Source of the DNA: Eledone cirrhosa
Lineage: Eukaryota
NCBI GenBank assembly: GCA_964016885.1
Contig: OZ024741.1
Span: 101,246,001 to 101,310,000 of the forward strand
Length of the DNA stretch: 64,000 bases
Direction: 5' to 3'
Shown one piece after another: positions 15,001 to 27,331 of this stretch. The position numbers and the translations under genes were made by a program. Numbering within the stretch: position 1 is the stretch's first letter; each line of letters begins with the position of its first letter. The notes under the pieces were generated by a model. It did no database searches. It worked only from the letters and a program-made list of their open reading frames with translations, and was not told the DNA's origin.

Positions 15001-18000
15001 TTGTCAGTAATGGTGTTGTTGTTGTTGTTGTTGCTGGAGGGGGTATTGGAGTCACTGTTGTCAATAATGGTGTTGTTGTTGTTGTTGCTGGAGGAGGTAT
15101 TGGAGTTACTGTTGTCAATAATGGTGTTGTTGTTGTTGTTGCTGGAGGGGGTATTGGAGTCACTGTTGTCAATAATGGTGTTGTTGTTGTTATTGTTGCT
15201 GGAGGGGGTATTGGAGTCACTGTTGTCAATAATGGTGTTGTTGTTGTTGTTGTTGCTGGAGGGGGTATTGGAGTCACTGTTGTCAGTAATGGTGTTGTTG
15301 TTGTTGTTGTTGCTGGAGGGGGTATTGGAGTCACTGTTGTCAATAATGGTGTTGTTGTTGTTGTTGCTGGAGGGGGTATTGGAGTCACTGTTGTCAATAA
15401 TGGTGTTGTTGTTGTTGTTGTTGCTGGAGGGGGTATTGGAGTCACTGTTGTCAGTAATGGTGTTGTTGTTGTTGTTGTTGCTGGAGGGGGTATTGGAGTC
15501 ACTGTTGTCAGTAATGGTGTTGTTGTTGTTGTTGTTGCTGGAGGAGGTATTGGAGTCACTGTTGTCAATAATGGTGTTGTTGTTGTTGTTGCTGGAGGGG
15601 GTATTGGAGTCACTGTTGTCAATAATGGTGTTGTTGTTGTTGTTGTTGGTGCTGGAGGGGGTATTGGAGTCACTGTTGTCAATAATGGTGTTGTTGTTGT
15701 TGTTGTTGCTGGAGGGGGTATTGGAGTCACTGTTGTCAGTAATGGTGTTGTTGTTGTTGTTGTTGCTGGAGGGGGTATTGGAGTCACTGTTGTCAGTAAT
15801 GGTGTTGTTGTTGTTGTTGTTGCTGGAGGGGGTATTGGAGTCACTGTTGTCAATAATGGTGTTGTTGTTGTTGTTGCTGGAGGGGGTATTGGAGTCACTG
15901 TTGTCAATAATGGTGTTGTTGTTGTTGTTGTTGCTGGAGGGGGTATTGGAGTCACTGTTGTCAATAATGGTGTTGTTGTTGTTGTTGTTGCTGGAGGGGG
16001 TATTGGAGTCACTGTTGTCAGTAATGGTGTTGTTGTTGTTGTTGTTGCTTGAGGGGGTATTGGAGTCACTGTTGTCAGTAATGGTGTTGTTGTTGTTGTT
16101 GTTGCTGGAGGGGGTATTGGAGTCACTGTTGTCAATAATGGTGTTGTTGTTGTTGTTGTTGCTGGAGGGGGTATTGGAGTCACTGTTGTCAGTAATGGTG
16201 TTGTTGTTTTTGTTGCTGGAGGAGGTATTGGAGTCACTGTTGTCAATAATGGTGTTGTTGTTGTTGTTGTTGCTGGAGGGGGTATTGGAGTCACTGTTGT
16301 CAGTAATGGTGTTGTTGTTGTTGTTGTTGCTGGAGGGGGTATTGGAGTCACTGTTGTCAATAATGGTGTTGTTGTTGTTGTTGCTGGAGGAGGTATTGGA
16401 GTTACTGTTGTCAATAATGGTGTTGTTGTTGTTGTTGCTGGAGGGGGTATTGGAGTCACTGTTGTCAATAATGGTGTTGTTGTTGTTGTTGTTGCTGGAG
16501 GGGGTATTGGAGTCACTGTTGTCAGTAATGGTGTTGTTGTTGTTGTTGTTGCTGGAGGGGGTATTGGAGTCACTGTTGTCAATAATGGTGTTGTTGTTGT
16601 TGTTGCTGGAGGGGGTATTGGAGTCACTGTTGTCAATAATGGTGTTGTTGTTGTTGTTGTTGCTGGAGGGGGTATTGGAGTCACTGTTGTCAGTAATGGT
16701 GTTGTTGTTGTTGTTGTTGCTGGAGGGGGTATTGGAGTCACTGTTGTCAGTAATGGTGTTGTTGTTGTTGTTGCTGGAGGAGGTATTGGAGTCACTGTTG
16801 TCAATAATGGTGTTGTTGTTGTTGTTGTTGCTGGAGGGGGTATTGGAGTCACTGTTGTCAGTAATGGTGTTGTTGTTGTTGTTGTTGCTGGAGGGGGTAT
16901 TGGAGTCACTGTTGTCAATAATGGTGTTGTTGTTGTTGTTGCTGGAGGAGGTATTGGAGTTACTGTTGTCAATAATGGTGTTGTTGTTGTTGTTGCTGGA
17001 GGGGGTATTGGAGTCACTGTTGTCAATAATGGTGTTGTTGTTGTTATTGTTGCTGGAGGGGGTATTGGAGTCACTGTTGTCAATAATGGTGTTGTTGTTG
17101 TTGTTGTTGCTGGAGGGGGTATTGGAGTCACTGTTGTCAGTAATGGTGTTGTTGTTGTTGTTGTTGCTGGAGGGGGTATTGGAGTCACTGTTGTCAATAA
17201 TGGTGTTGTTGTTGTTGTTGCTGGAGGGGGTATTGGAGTCACTGTTGTCAATAATGGTGTTGTTGTTGTTGTTGTTGCTGGAGGGGGTATTGGAGTCACT
17301 GTTGTCAGTAATGGTGTTGTTGTTGTTGTTGTTGCTGGAGGGGGTATTGGAGTCACTGTTGTCAGTAATGGTGTTGTTGTTGTTGTTGTTGCTGGAGGAG
17401 GTATTGGAGTCACTGTTGTCAATAATGGTGTTGTTGTTGTTGTTGCTGGAGGGGGTATTGGAGTCACTGTTGTCAATAATGGTGTTGTTGTTGTTGTTGT
17501 TGGTGCTGGAGGGGGTATTGGAGTCACTGTTGTCAATAATGGTGTTGTTGTTGTTGTTGTTGCTGGAGGGGGTATTGGAGTCACTGTTGTCAGTAATGGT
17601 GTTGTTGTTGTTGTTGTTGCTGGAGGGGGTATTGGAGTCACTGTTGTCAGTAATGGTGTTGTTGTTGTTGTTGTTGCTGGAGGGGGTATTGGAGTCACTG
17701 TTGTCAATAATGGTGTTGTTGTTGTTGTTGCTGGAGGGGGTATTGGAGTCACTGTTGTCAATAATGGTGTTGTTGTTGTTGTTGTTGCTGGAGGGGGTAT
17801 TGGAGTCACTGTTGTCAATAATGGTGTTGTTGTTGTTGTTGTTGCTGGAGGGGGTATTGGAGTCACTGTTGTCAGTAATGGTGTTGTTGTTGTTGTTGTT
17901 GCTTGAGGGGGTATTGGAGTCACTGTTGTCAGTAATGGTGTTGTTGTTGTTGTTGTTGCTGGAGGGGGTATTGGAGTCACTGTTGTCAATAATGGTGTTG

Positions 18001-21000
18001 TTGTTGTTGTTGCTGGAGGGGGTATTGGAGTCACTGTTGTCAATAATGGTGTTGTTGTTGTTGTTGTTGCTGGAGGGGGTATTGGAGTCACTGTTGTCAG
18101 TAATGGTGTTGTTGTTGTTGTTGTTGCTGGAGGGGGTATTGGAGTCACTGTTGTCAATAATGGTGTTGTTGTTGTTGTTGCTGGAGGGGGTATTGGAGTC
18201 ACTGTTGTCAATAATGGTGTTGTTGTTGTTGTTGTTGCTGGAGGGGGTATTGGAGTCACTGTTGTCAGTAATGGTGTTGTTGTTGTTGTTGTTGCTGGAG
18301 GGGGTATTGGAGTCACTGTTGTCAATAATGGTGTTGTTGTTGTTGTTGCTGGAGGGGGTATTGGAGTCACTGTTGTCAATAATGGTGTTGTTGTTGTTGT
18401 TGTTGCTGGAGGGGGTATTGGAGTCACTGTTGTCAGTAATGGTGTTGTTGTTGTTGTTGTTGCTGGAGGGGGTATTGGAGTCACTTTTGTCAATAATGGT
18501 GTTGTTGTTGTTGTTGCTGGAGGAGGTATTGGAGTCACTGTTGTCAATAATGGTGTTGTTGTTGTTGTTGCTGGAGGGGGTATTGGAGTCACTGTTGTCA
18601 ATAATGATGTTGTTGTTGTTGTTGCTGGAGGGGTATTGGAGTCACTTTTGTCAATAATGGTGTTGTTGTTGTTGTTGTTGCTGGAGGGGGTATTGGAGTC
18701 ACTGTTGTCAGTAATAGGTGTTGTTGTTGTTGTTGTTGTTGTTGCTGGAGGAGGTATTGGAGTCACTGTTGTCAATAATGGTGTTGTTGTTGTTGTTGTT
18801 GGAGGAGGTATTGGAGTCACTGTTGTCAGTAATGGTGTTGTTGTTGTTGTTGTTGCTGGAGGGGGTATTGGAGTCACTGTTGTCAATAATGGTGTTGTTG
18901 TTGTTGTTGCTGGAGGAGGTATTGGAGTCACTGTTGTCAATAATGGTGTTGTTGTTGTTGTTGTTGCTGGAGGGGGTATTGGAGTCACTGTTGTCAATAA
19001 TGGTGTTGTTGTTGTTGTTGCTGGAGGGGGTATTGGAGTCACTGTTTTCAGTAATGGTGTTGTTGTTGTTGTTGCTGGAGGGGGTATTGGAGTCACTGTT
19101 GTCAATAATGGTGTTGTTGTTGTTGTTGTTGCTGGAGGGGGTATTGGAGTCACTGTTGTCAGTAATGGTGTTGTTGTTGTTGTTGTTGCTGGAGGGGGTA
19201 TTGGAGTCACTGTTTTCAGTAATGGTGTTGTTGTTGTTGCTGGAGGGGGTATTGGAGTCACTGTTTTCAGTAATGGTGTTGTTGTTGTTGTTGCTGGAGG
19301 AGGTATTGGAGTCACTGTTGTCAATAATGGTGTTGTTGTTGTTGTTGCTGGAGGGGGTATTGGAGTCACTGTTTTCAGTAATGGTGTTGTTGTTGTTGTT
19401 GTTGCTGGAGGGGGTATTGGAGTCACTGTTGTCAATAATGGTGTTGTTGTTGTTGTTGCTGGAGGAGGTATTGGAGTCACTGTTGTCAATAATGGTGTTG
19501 TTGTTGTTGTTGCTGGAGGGGGTATTGGAGTCACTGTTGTCAATAATGGTGTTGTTGTTGTTGTTGTTGCTGGAGGGGGTATTGGAGTCACTGTTGTCAG
19601 TAATGGTGTTGTTGTTGTTGTTGCTGGAGGAGGTATTGGAGTCACTGTTGTCAATAATGGTGTTGTTGTTGTTGTTGTTGCTGGAGGAGGTATTGGAGTC
19701 ACTGTTGTCAATAATGGTGTTGTTGTTGTTGCTGGAGGGGGTATTGGAGTCACTGTTGTCAATAATGGTGTTGTTGTTGTTGTTGCTGGAGGGGGTATTG
19801 GAGTCACTGTTTTCAGTAATGGTGTTGTTGTTGTTGTTGCTGGAGGAGGTATTGGAGTCACTGTTGTCAATAATGGTGTTGTTGTTGTTGTTGTTGCTGG
19901 AGGGGGTATTGGAGTCACTGTTGTCAGTAATGGTGTTGTTGTTGTTGTTGCTGGAGGAGGTATTGGAGTCACTGTTGTCAATAATGGTGTTGTTGTTGTT
20001 GTTGCTGGAGGAGGTATTGGAGTCACTGTTGTCAATAATGGTGTTGTTGTTGTTGTTGTTGCTGGAGGGGGTATTGGAGTCACTGTTGTCAGTAATGGTG
20101 TTGTTGTTGTTGTTGCTGGAGGAGGTATTGGAGTCACTGTTGTCAATAATGGTGTTGTTGTTGTTGTTGCTGGAGGGGGTATTGGAGTCACTGTTTTCAG
20201 TAATGGTGTTGTTGTTGTTGTTGCTGGAGGGGGTATTGGAGTCACTGTTGTCAATAATGGTGTTGTTGTTGTTGTTGCTGGAGGGGGTATTGGAGTCACT
20301 GTTGTCAATAATGGTGTTGTTGTTGTTGTTGCTGGAGGGGGTATTGGAGTCACTGTTTTCAGTAATGGTGTTGTTGTTGTTGTTGCTGGAGGGGGTATTG
20401 GAGTCACTGTTTTCAATAATGGTGTTGTTGTTGTTGTTGTTGCTGGAGGGGGTATTGGAGTCACTGTTGTCAATAATGGTGTTGTTGTTGTTGTTGCTGG
20501 AGGGGGTATTGGAGTCACTGTTGTCAATAATGGTGTTGTTGTTGTTGTTGCTGGAGGGGGTATTGGAGTCACTGTTTTCAGTAATGGTGTTGTTGTTGTT
20601 GTTGCTGGAGGGGGTATTGGAGTCACTGTTGTCAATAATGGTGTTGTTGTTGTTGTTGTTGCTGGAGGGGGTATTGGAGTCACTGTTGTCAATAATGGTG
20701 TTGTTGTTGTTGTTGCTGGAGGGGGTATTGGAGTCACTGTTGTCAATAATGGTGTTGTTGTTGTTGTTGCTGGAGGGGGTATTGGAGTCACTGTTGTCAA
20801 TAATGGTGTTGTTGTTGTTGTTGCTGGAGGGGGTATTGGAGTCACTGTTTTCAGTAATGGTGTTGTTGTTGTTGTTGCTGGAGGGGGTATTGGAGTCACT
20901 GTTGTCAATAATGGTGTTGTTGTTGTTGTTGCTGGAGGGGGTATTGGAGTCACTGTTGTCAATAATGGTGTTGTTGTTGTTGTTGCTGGAGGAGGTATTG

Positions 21001-24000
21001 GAGTCACTGTTGTCAATAATGGTGTTGTTGTTGTTGCTGGAGGGGGTATTGGAGTCACTGTTGTCAATAATGGTGTTGTTGTTGTTGTTGCTGGAGGAGG
21101 TATTGGAGTCACTGTTGTCAATAATGGTGTTGTTGTTGTTGTTGCTGGAGGAGGTATTGGAGTCACTGTTGTCAATAATGGTGTTGTTGTTGTTTTTGCT
21201 GGAGGGGGTATTGGAGTCACTGTTGTCAATAATGGTGTTGTTGTTGTTGTTGCTGGAGGGGGTATTGGAGTCACTGTTGTCAATAATGGTGTTGTTGTTG
21301 TTGCTGGAGGGGGTATTGGAGTCACTGTTGTCAATAATGGTGTTGTTGTTGTTGCTGGAGGGGGTATTGGAGTCACTGTTGTCAATAATGGTGTTGTTGT
21401 TGTTGCTGGAGGGGGTATTGGAGTCACTGTTGTCAATAATGGTGTTGTTGTTGTTGTTGTTGTTGCTGGAGGAGGTATTGGAGTCACTGTTGTCAATAAT
21501 GGTGTTGTTGTTGTTGTTGTTGCTGGAGGAGGTATTGGAGTCACTGTTGTCAATAATGGTGTTGTTGTTGTTGTTGTTGCTGGAGGGGGTATTGGAGTCA
21601 CTGTTGTCAATAATGGTGTTGTTGTTGTTGTTGTTGCTGGAGGAGGTATTGGAGTCACTGTTGTCAATAATGGTGTTGTTGTTGTTGTTGTTGCTGGAGG
21701 GGGTATTGGAGTCACTGTTTTCAGTAATGGTGTTGTTGTTGTTGTTGCTGGAGGGGGTATTGGAGTCACTGTTGTCAATAATGGTGTTGTTGTTGTTGTT
21801 GCTGGAGGAGGTATTGGAGTCACTGTTGTCAATAATGGTGTTGTTGTTGTTGTTGCTGGAGGGGGTATTGGAGTCACTGTTGTCAATAATGGTGTTGTTG
21901 TTGTTGTTGCTGGAGGGGGTATTGGAGTCACTGTTGTCAATAATGGTGTTGTTGTTGTTGTTGCTGGAGGGGGTATTGGAGTCACTGTTGTCAATAATGG
22001 TGTTGTTGTTGTTGTTGCTGGAGGGGGTATTGGAGTCACTGTTGTCAATAATGGTGTTGTTGTTGTTGTTGCTGGAGGGGGTATTGGAGTCACTGTTGTC
22101 AATAATGGTGTTGTTGTTGTTGTTGCTGGAGGAGGTATTGGAGTCACTGTTTTCAGTAATGGTCTTGTTGTTGTTGTTGCTGGAGGGGGTATTGGAGTCA
22201 CTGTTGTCAATAATGGTGTTGTTGTTGTTGTTGTTGCTGGAGGAGGTATTGGAGTCACTGTTTTCAGTAATGGTGTTGTTGTTGTTGTTGCTGGAGGAGG
22301 TATTGGAGTCACTGTTGTGAATAATGGTGTTGTTGTTGTTGTTGCTGGAGGGGGTATTGGAGTCACTGTTGTCAATAATGGTGTTGTTGTTGTTGTTGCT
22401 GGAGGGGGTATTGGAGTCACTGTTGTGAATAATGGTGTTGTTGTTGTTGTTGCTGGAGGGGGTATTGGAGTCACTGTTGTCAGTAATGGTGTTGTTGTTG
22501 TTGTTGCTGGAGGAGGTATTGGAGTCACTGTTGTCAGTAATGGTGTTGTTGTTGTTGTTGCTGGAGGAGGTATTGGAGTCACTGTTGTCAGTAATGGTGT
22601 TGTTGTTGTTGTTGCTGGAGGAGGTATTGGAGTCACTGTTGTCAGTAATGGTGTTGTTGTTGTTGTTGCTGGAGGAGGTATTGGAGTCACTGTTGTCAGT
22701 AATGGTGTTGTTGTTGTTGTTGCTGGAGGAGGTATTGGAGTCACTGTTGTCAGTAATGGTGTTGTTGTTGTTGTTGCTGGAGGAGGTATTGGAGTCACTG
22801 TTGTCAGTAATGGTGTTGTTGTTGTTGTTGCTGGAGGAGGTATTGGAGTCACTGTTGTCAGTAATGGTGTTGTTGTTGTTGTTGCTGGAGGAGGTATTGG
22901 AGTCACTGTTGTCAATAATGGTGTTGTTGTTGTTGTTGTTGCTGGAGGGGGTATTGGAGTCACTGTTGTCAGTAATGGTGTTGTTGTTGTTGTTGCTGGA
23001 GGAGGTATTGGAGTCACTGTTGTCAGTAATGGTGTTGTTGTTGTTGTTGTTGCTGGAGGAGGTATTGGAGTCACTGTTGTCAATAATGGTGTTGTTGTTG
23101 TTGTTGTTGCTGGAGGGGGTATTGGAGTCACTGTTGTCAGTAATGGTGTTGTTGTTGTTGTTGCTGGAGGAGGTATTGGAGTCACTGTTGTCAGTAATGG
23201 TGTTGTTGTTGTTGTTGCTGGAGGAGGTATTGGAGTCACTGTTGTCAATAATGGTGTTGTTGTTGTTGTTGTTGCTGGAGGGGGTATTGGAGTCACTGTT
23301 GTCAATAATGGTGTTGTTGTTGTTGTTGCTGGAGGGGGTATTGGAGTCACTGTTGTCAATAATGGTGTTGTTGTTGTTGTTGTTGCTGGAGGGGGTATTG
23401 GAGTCACTGTTGTCAGTAATGGTGTTGTTGTTGTTGTTGCAGGAGGAGGTATTGGAGTCACTGTTGTCAGTAATGGTGTTGTTGTTGTTGTTGCTGGAGG
23501 AGGTATTGGAGTCACTGTTGTCAGTAATGGTGTTGTTGTTGTTGTTGCTGGAGGAGGTATTGGAGTCACTGTTGTCAATAATGGTGTTGTTGTTGTTGTT
23601 GTTGCTGGAGGGGGTATTGGAGTCACTGTTGTCAGTAATGGTGTTGTTGTTGTTGTTGCTGGAGGAGGTATTGGAGTCACTGTTGTCAATAATGGTGTTG
23701 TTGTTGTTGTTGCTGGAGGGGGTATTGGAGTCACTGTTGTCAATAATGGTGTTGTTGTTGTTGTTGCTGGAGGGGGTATTGGAGTCACTGTTGTCAATAA
23801 TGGTGTTGTTGTTGTTGTTGTTGCTGGAGGGGGTATTGGAGTCACTGTTGTCAGTAATGGTGTTGTTGTTGTTGTTGTTGCTGGAGGAGGTATTGGAGTC
23901 ACTGTTGTCAATAATGGTGTTGTTGTTGTTGTTGCTGGAGGGGGTATTGGAGTCACTGTTGTCAATAATGGTGTTGTTGTTGTTGTTGTTGCTGGGGGGG

Positions 24001-25923
24001 GGGTATTGGAGTCACTGTTGTCAGTAATGGTGTTGTTGTTGTTGTTGCTGGAGGAGGTATTGGAGTCACTGTTGTCAATAATGGTGTTGTTGTTGTTGTT
24101 GCTGGAGGGGGTATTGGAGTCACTGTTGTCAATAATGGTGTTGTTGTTGTTGTTGCTGGAGGGGGTATTGGAGTCACTGTTGTCAATAATGGTGTTGTTG
24201 TTGTTGTTGCTGGAGGAGGTATTGGAGTCACTGTTGTCAGTAATGGTGTTGTTGTTGTTGTTGTTGCTGGAGGGGGTATTGGAGTCTCTGTTGTCAGTAA
24301 TGGTGTTGTTGTTGTTGTTGTTGCTGGAGGGGGTATTGGAGTCACTGTTGTCAATAATGGTGTTGTTGTTGTTGTTGCTGGAGGGGGTATTGGAGTCACT
24401 GTTGTCAGTAATGGTGTTGTTGTTGTTGTTGTTGCTGGAGGGGGTATTGGAGTCACTGTTGTCAATAATGGTGTTGTTGTTGTTGTTGTTGCTGGAGGAG
24501 GTATTGGAGTCACTGTTGTCAATAATGGTGTTGTTGTTGTTGTTGCTGGAGGGGGTATTGGAGTCACTGTTGTCAGTAATGGTGTTGTTGTTGTTGTTGC
24601 TGGAGGAGGTATTGGAGTCACTGTTGTCAATAATGGTGTTGTTGTTGTTGTTGTTGCTGGAGGGGGTATTGGAGTCACTTTTGTCAGTAATGGTGTTGTT
24701 GTTGTTGTTGCTGGAGGAGGTATTGGAGTCACTGTTGTCAATAATGGTGTTGTTGTTGTTGTTGCTGGAGGGGGTATTGGAGTCACTGTTGTCAATAATG
24801 GTGTTGTTGTTGTTGCTGGAGGGGGTATTGGAGTCACTGTTGTCAATAATGGTGTTGTTGTTGTTGCTGGAGGGGGTATTGGAGTCACTGTTGTCAATAA
24901 TGGTGTTGTTGTTGTTGCTGGAGGGGGTATTGGAGTCACTGTTGTCAATAATGGTGTTGTTGTTGTTGTTGCTGGAGGGGGTATTGGAGTCACTGTTGTC
25001 AATAATGGTGTTGTTGTTGTTGTTGTTGCTGGAGGGGGTATTGGAGTCACTGTTGTCAATAATGGTGTTGTTGATGTTGTTGTTGTTGCTGGAGGGGGTA
25101 TTGGAGTCACTGTTGTCAATAATGGTGTTGTTGTTGTTGTTGCTGGAGGAGGTATTGGAGTCACTGTTTTCAGTAATGGTGTTGTTGTTGTTGTTGCTGG
25201 AGGGGGTATTGGAGTCACTGTTGTCAGTAATGGTGTTGTTGTTGTTGTTGTTGTTGCTGGAGGGGGTATTGGAGTCACTGTTGTCAATAATGGTGTTGTT
25301 GTTGTTGTTGTTGCTGGAGGAGGTATTGGAGTCACTGTTGTCAATAATGGTGTTGTTGTTGTTGTTGCTGGAGGGGGTATTGGAGTCACTGTTGTCAGTA
25401 ATGGTGTTGTTGTTGTTGTTGCTGGAGGAGGTATTGGAGTCACTGTTGTCAGTAATGGTGTTGTTGTTGTTGTTGCTGGAGGAGGTATTGGAGTCACTGT
25501 TGTCAATAATGGTGTTGTTGTTGTTGTTGCTGGAGGGGGTATTGGAGTCACTGTTTTCAGTAATGGTGTTGTTGTTGTTGCTGGAGGAGGTATTGGAGTC
25601 ACTGTTGTCAATAATGGTGTTGTTGTTGTTGCTGGAGGGGGTATTGGAGTCACTGTTGTCAATAATGGTGTTGTTGTTGTTGTTGCTGGAGGGGGTATTG
25701 GAGTCACTGTTGTCAATAATGGTGTTGTTGTTGTTGCTGGAGGGGGTATTGGAGTCACTGTTGTCAATAATGGTGTTGTTGTTGTTGCTGGAGGAGGTAT
25801 TGGAGTCACTGTTGTCAATAATGGTGTTGTTGTTGTTGTTGTTGCTGGAGGAGGTATTGGAGTCACTGGTGTCAATAATGGTGTTGTTGTTGTTGTTGAT
25901 GCTGGGGGAGGTACTGGAGTCAT
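1..25923 (-). CDS. Putative giant mucin-like PTS exon (repeat TTTTTPLLTTVTPIPPPA), interrupted by frameshifts and incomplete at the window edge
   Basis: The minus frame reads as a Pro/Thr repeat throughout. The commonest variants are synonymous in this frame (TTG/CTG Leu, CCC/CCT Pro, GTG/GTA Val, ACT/ACG/ACC/ACA Thr). The GCTTGA variant is a stop in the plus V/G frame but Gln here. No signal peptide or upstream exon was identified, and there is an in-frame TAA at 25951-25953 just upstream. Confidence 0.6.
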
Positions 25924-25950
25924 AGTTGATGGTGTTGTTGGTGTTGTTGA
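1..25950. repeat. Giant tandem repeat array, unit GGAGGGGGTATTGGAGTCACTGTTGTCA(A/G)TAATGGT(GTT)4-8GCT (51-63 bp), roughly 460-470 units, continuing past the left edge
   Basis: Read directly. Unit length varies by whole GTT triplets. The array decays into unique Ser/Thr/Pro-coding-like sequence at ~25860-26005. Confidence 0.99.
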
Positions 25951-26328
25951 TTATGATATCTGTGGTATTGATGGTGATGTTGCTATTGGTATTGATGGTA
26001 TTGTTCCTGACAATTTTAGTCCTTTTATTGGTTTCAGTCATTTGACAACATTGTATCATTTGTGCGACATTTCAGTCAACTTAATTCTTATGTTATTAGT
26101 GGGGGTTAAAACAGAATCATCATATAAATGGGGTTTAATTCCTGACATCACTACCACCACCACCACCATCATCATCACTTCTTGAAATATCAAGTTGCAG
26201 TCTTCTATGTAGTCGTTTCACTGTGGTACAAACGCACAAAAGCATATACATCCACACACACAGACACACTAGTGTGTACACAGACATTGAGGGTATCAAA
26301 CATACACACAAACACTGATATATATATA

Positions 26329-27331
26329 TTAGCTGAATTACCTGGCATTGCTTGCGTTACTGCTGTTCTTATTCAGATTAGTAAACAATAAATATGAAGA
26401 TATGTTTTTTTTCTCATAATTATTTCAAAATATCTATATTTTATAAAAAAAAATATTAAAATTGTAATGATAGTAGAATTTAGAAATGAAAATCTGTCAA
26501 TCTTGAAGCACCTTAGGGTAAACAATATTCATTGTGTAATTCATTACGTGTAGATGTGTGTATGTATTTAATAACATACTTAATGAACGCACAAACACTC
26601 ACAGGCACATACATATTCATATACAAAATGTGACGTTTTAATCCATATGAAAATAAAAATTATCACACATACATTCTTACATACACTCTCACATACATAT
26701 ACTAAGACAGACACACACAGACATACATTCACGCACACCTATCTGTCATCAGATATGTATCTGTATGTGAAGATGTGTGCGTGTTTAATTGTCTGTGTGC
26801 AGACTCATATACAAAATGTGACGTTGTCGTGTTGGTGGTTTACTATAGTTGACTAAAGAAAATATTGTTATGTCAGTCAACACACCTACACTCACACACA
26901 TATACACTCTAATTTACATTCACATACATATACTAAGACAGACACATACACATACAAAATGTGATGTCTACACTCTCACATACACTCACACACGTTATGT
27001 GTAGATGTGTGTGTGTTTAATTCTCTGAGGCCTAACATACATAACGAACGCACAAACACACACACACTCACAGGCGCATACACACTCATATACAAAATGT
27101 GAGTCGGCGGTGGCAGCGTCATGGTGGTGGTTTACTATAGTTGACTATAAAAATATTATTTTAGATAAAATCTTATATTGTTTTAATCCAAATGAAAATA
27201 AAAATTACATGTTGACACTCCCGGGGTCTAATACTATTACCTTGTAAAATTTGATTTGATTTGGTCCAGCCGTTGGAGAATGCATAGGAACAGACAGACA
27301 GATAGACAGAGAGACAAAGAATTTTATATAT
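26329..27331 (-). mobile_element. Degenerate non-autonomous Helitron-like element (Lep1/HINE-type) with CA-rich internal duplications
   Basis: Minus-strand 5' end TATATAAAATTCTTTGTC..(CTGT)n..CCAACGGCTGGACCAAATC. The 3' end CGCAAGCAATGCCAGGTAATTCAGCTAA resembles the end of the 58499-60143 element. Internal blocks at ~26545-26880 and ~26990-27210 are related. Confidence 0.5.

Noticed and set aside
7-25925. Huge plus-strand ORFs (LLLLEGVLESLLSIMV / VVVVAGGGIGVT)
   Set aside because: These are antisense shadows of the repeat. The commonest variant is non-synonymous in them, GCTTGA introduces stops in the V/G frame at five sites, and the composition is implausible.
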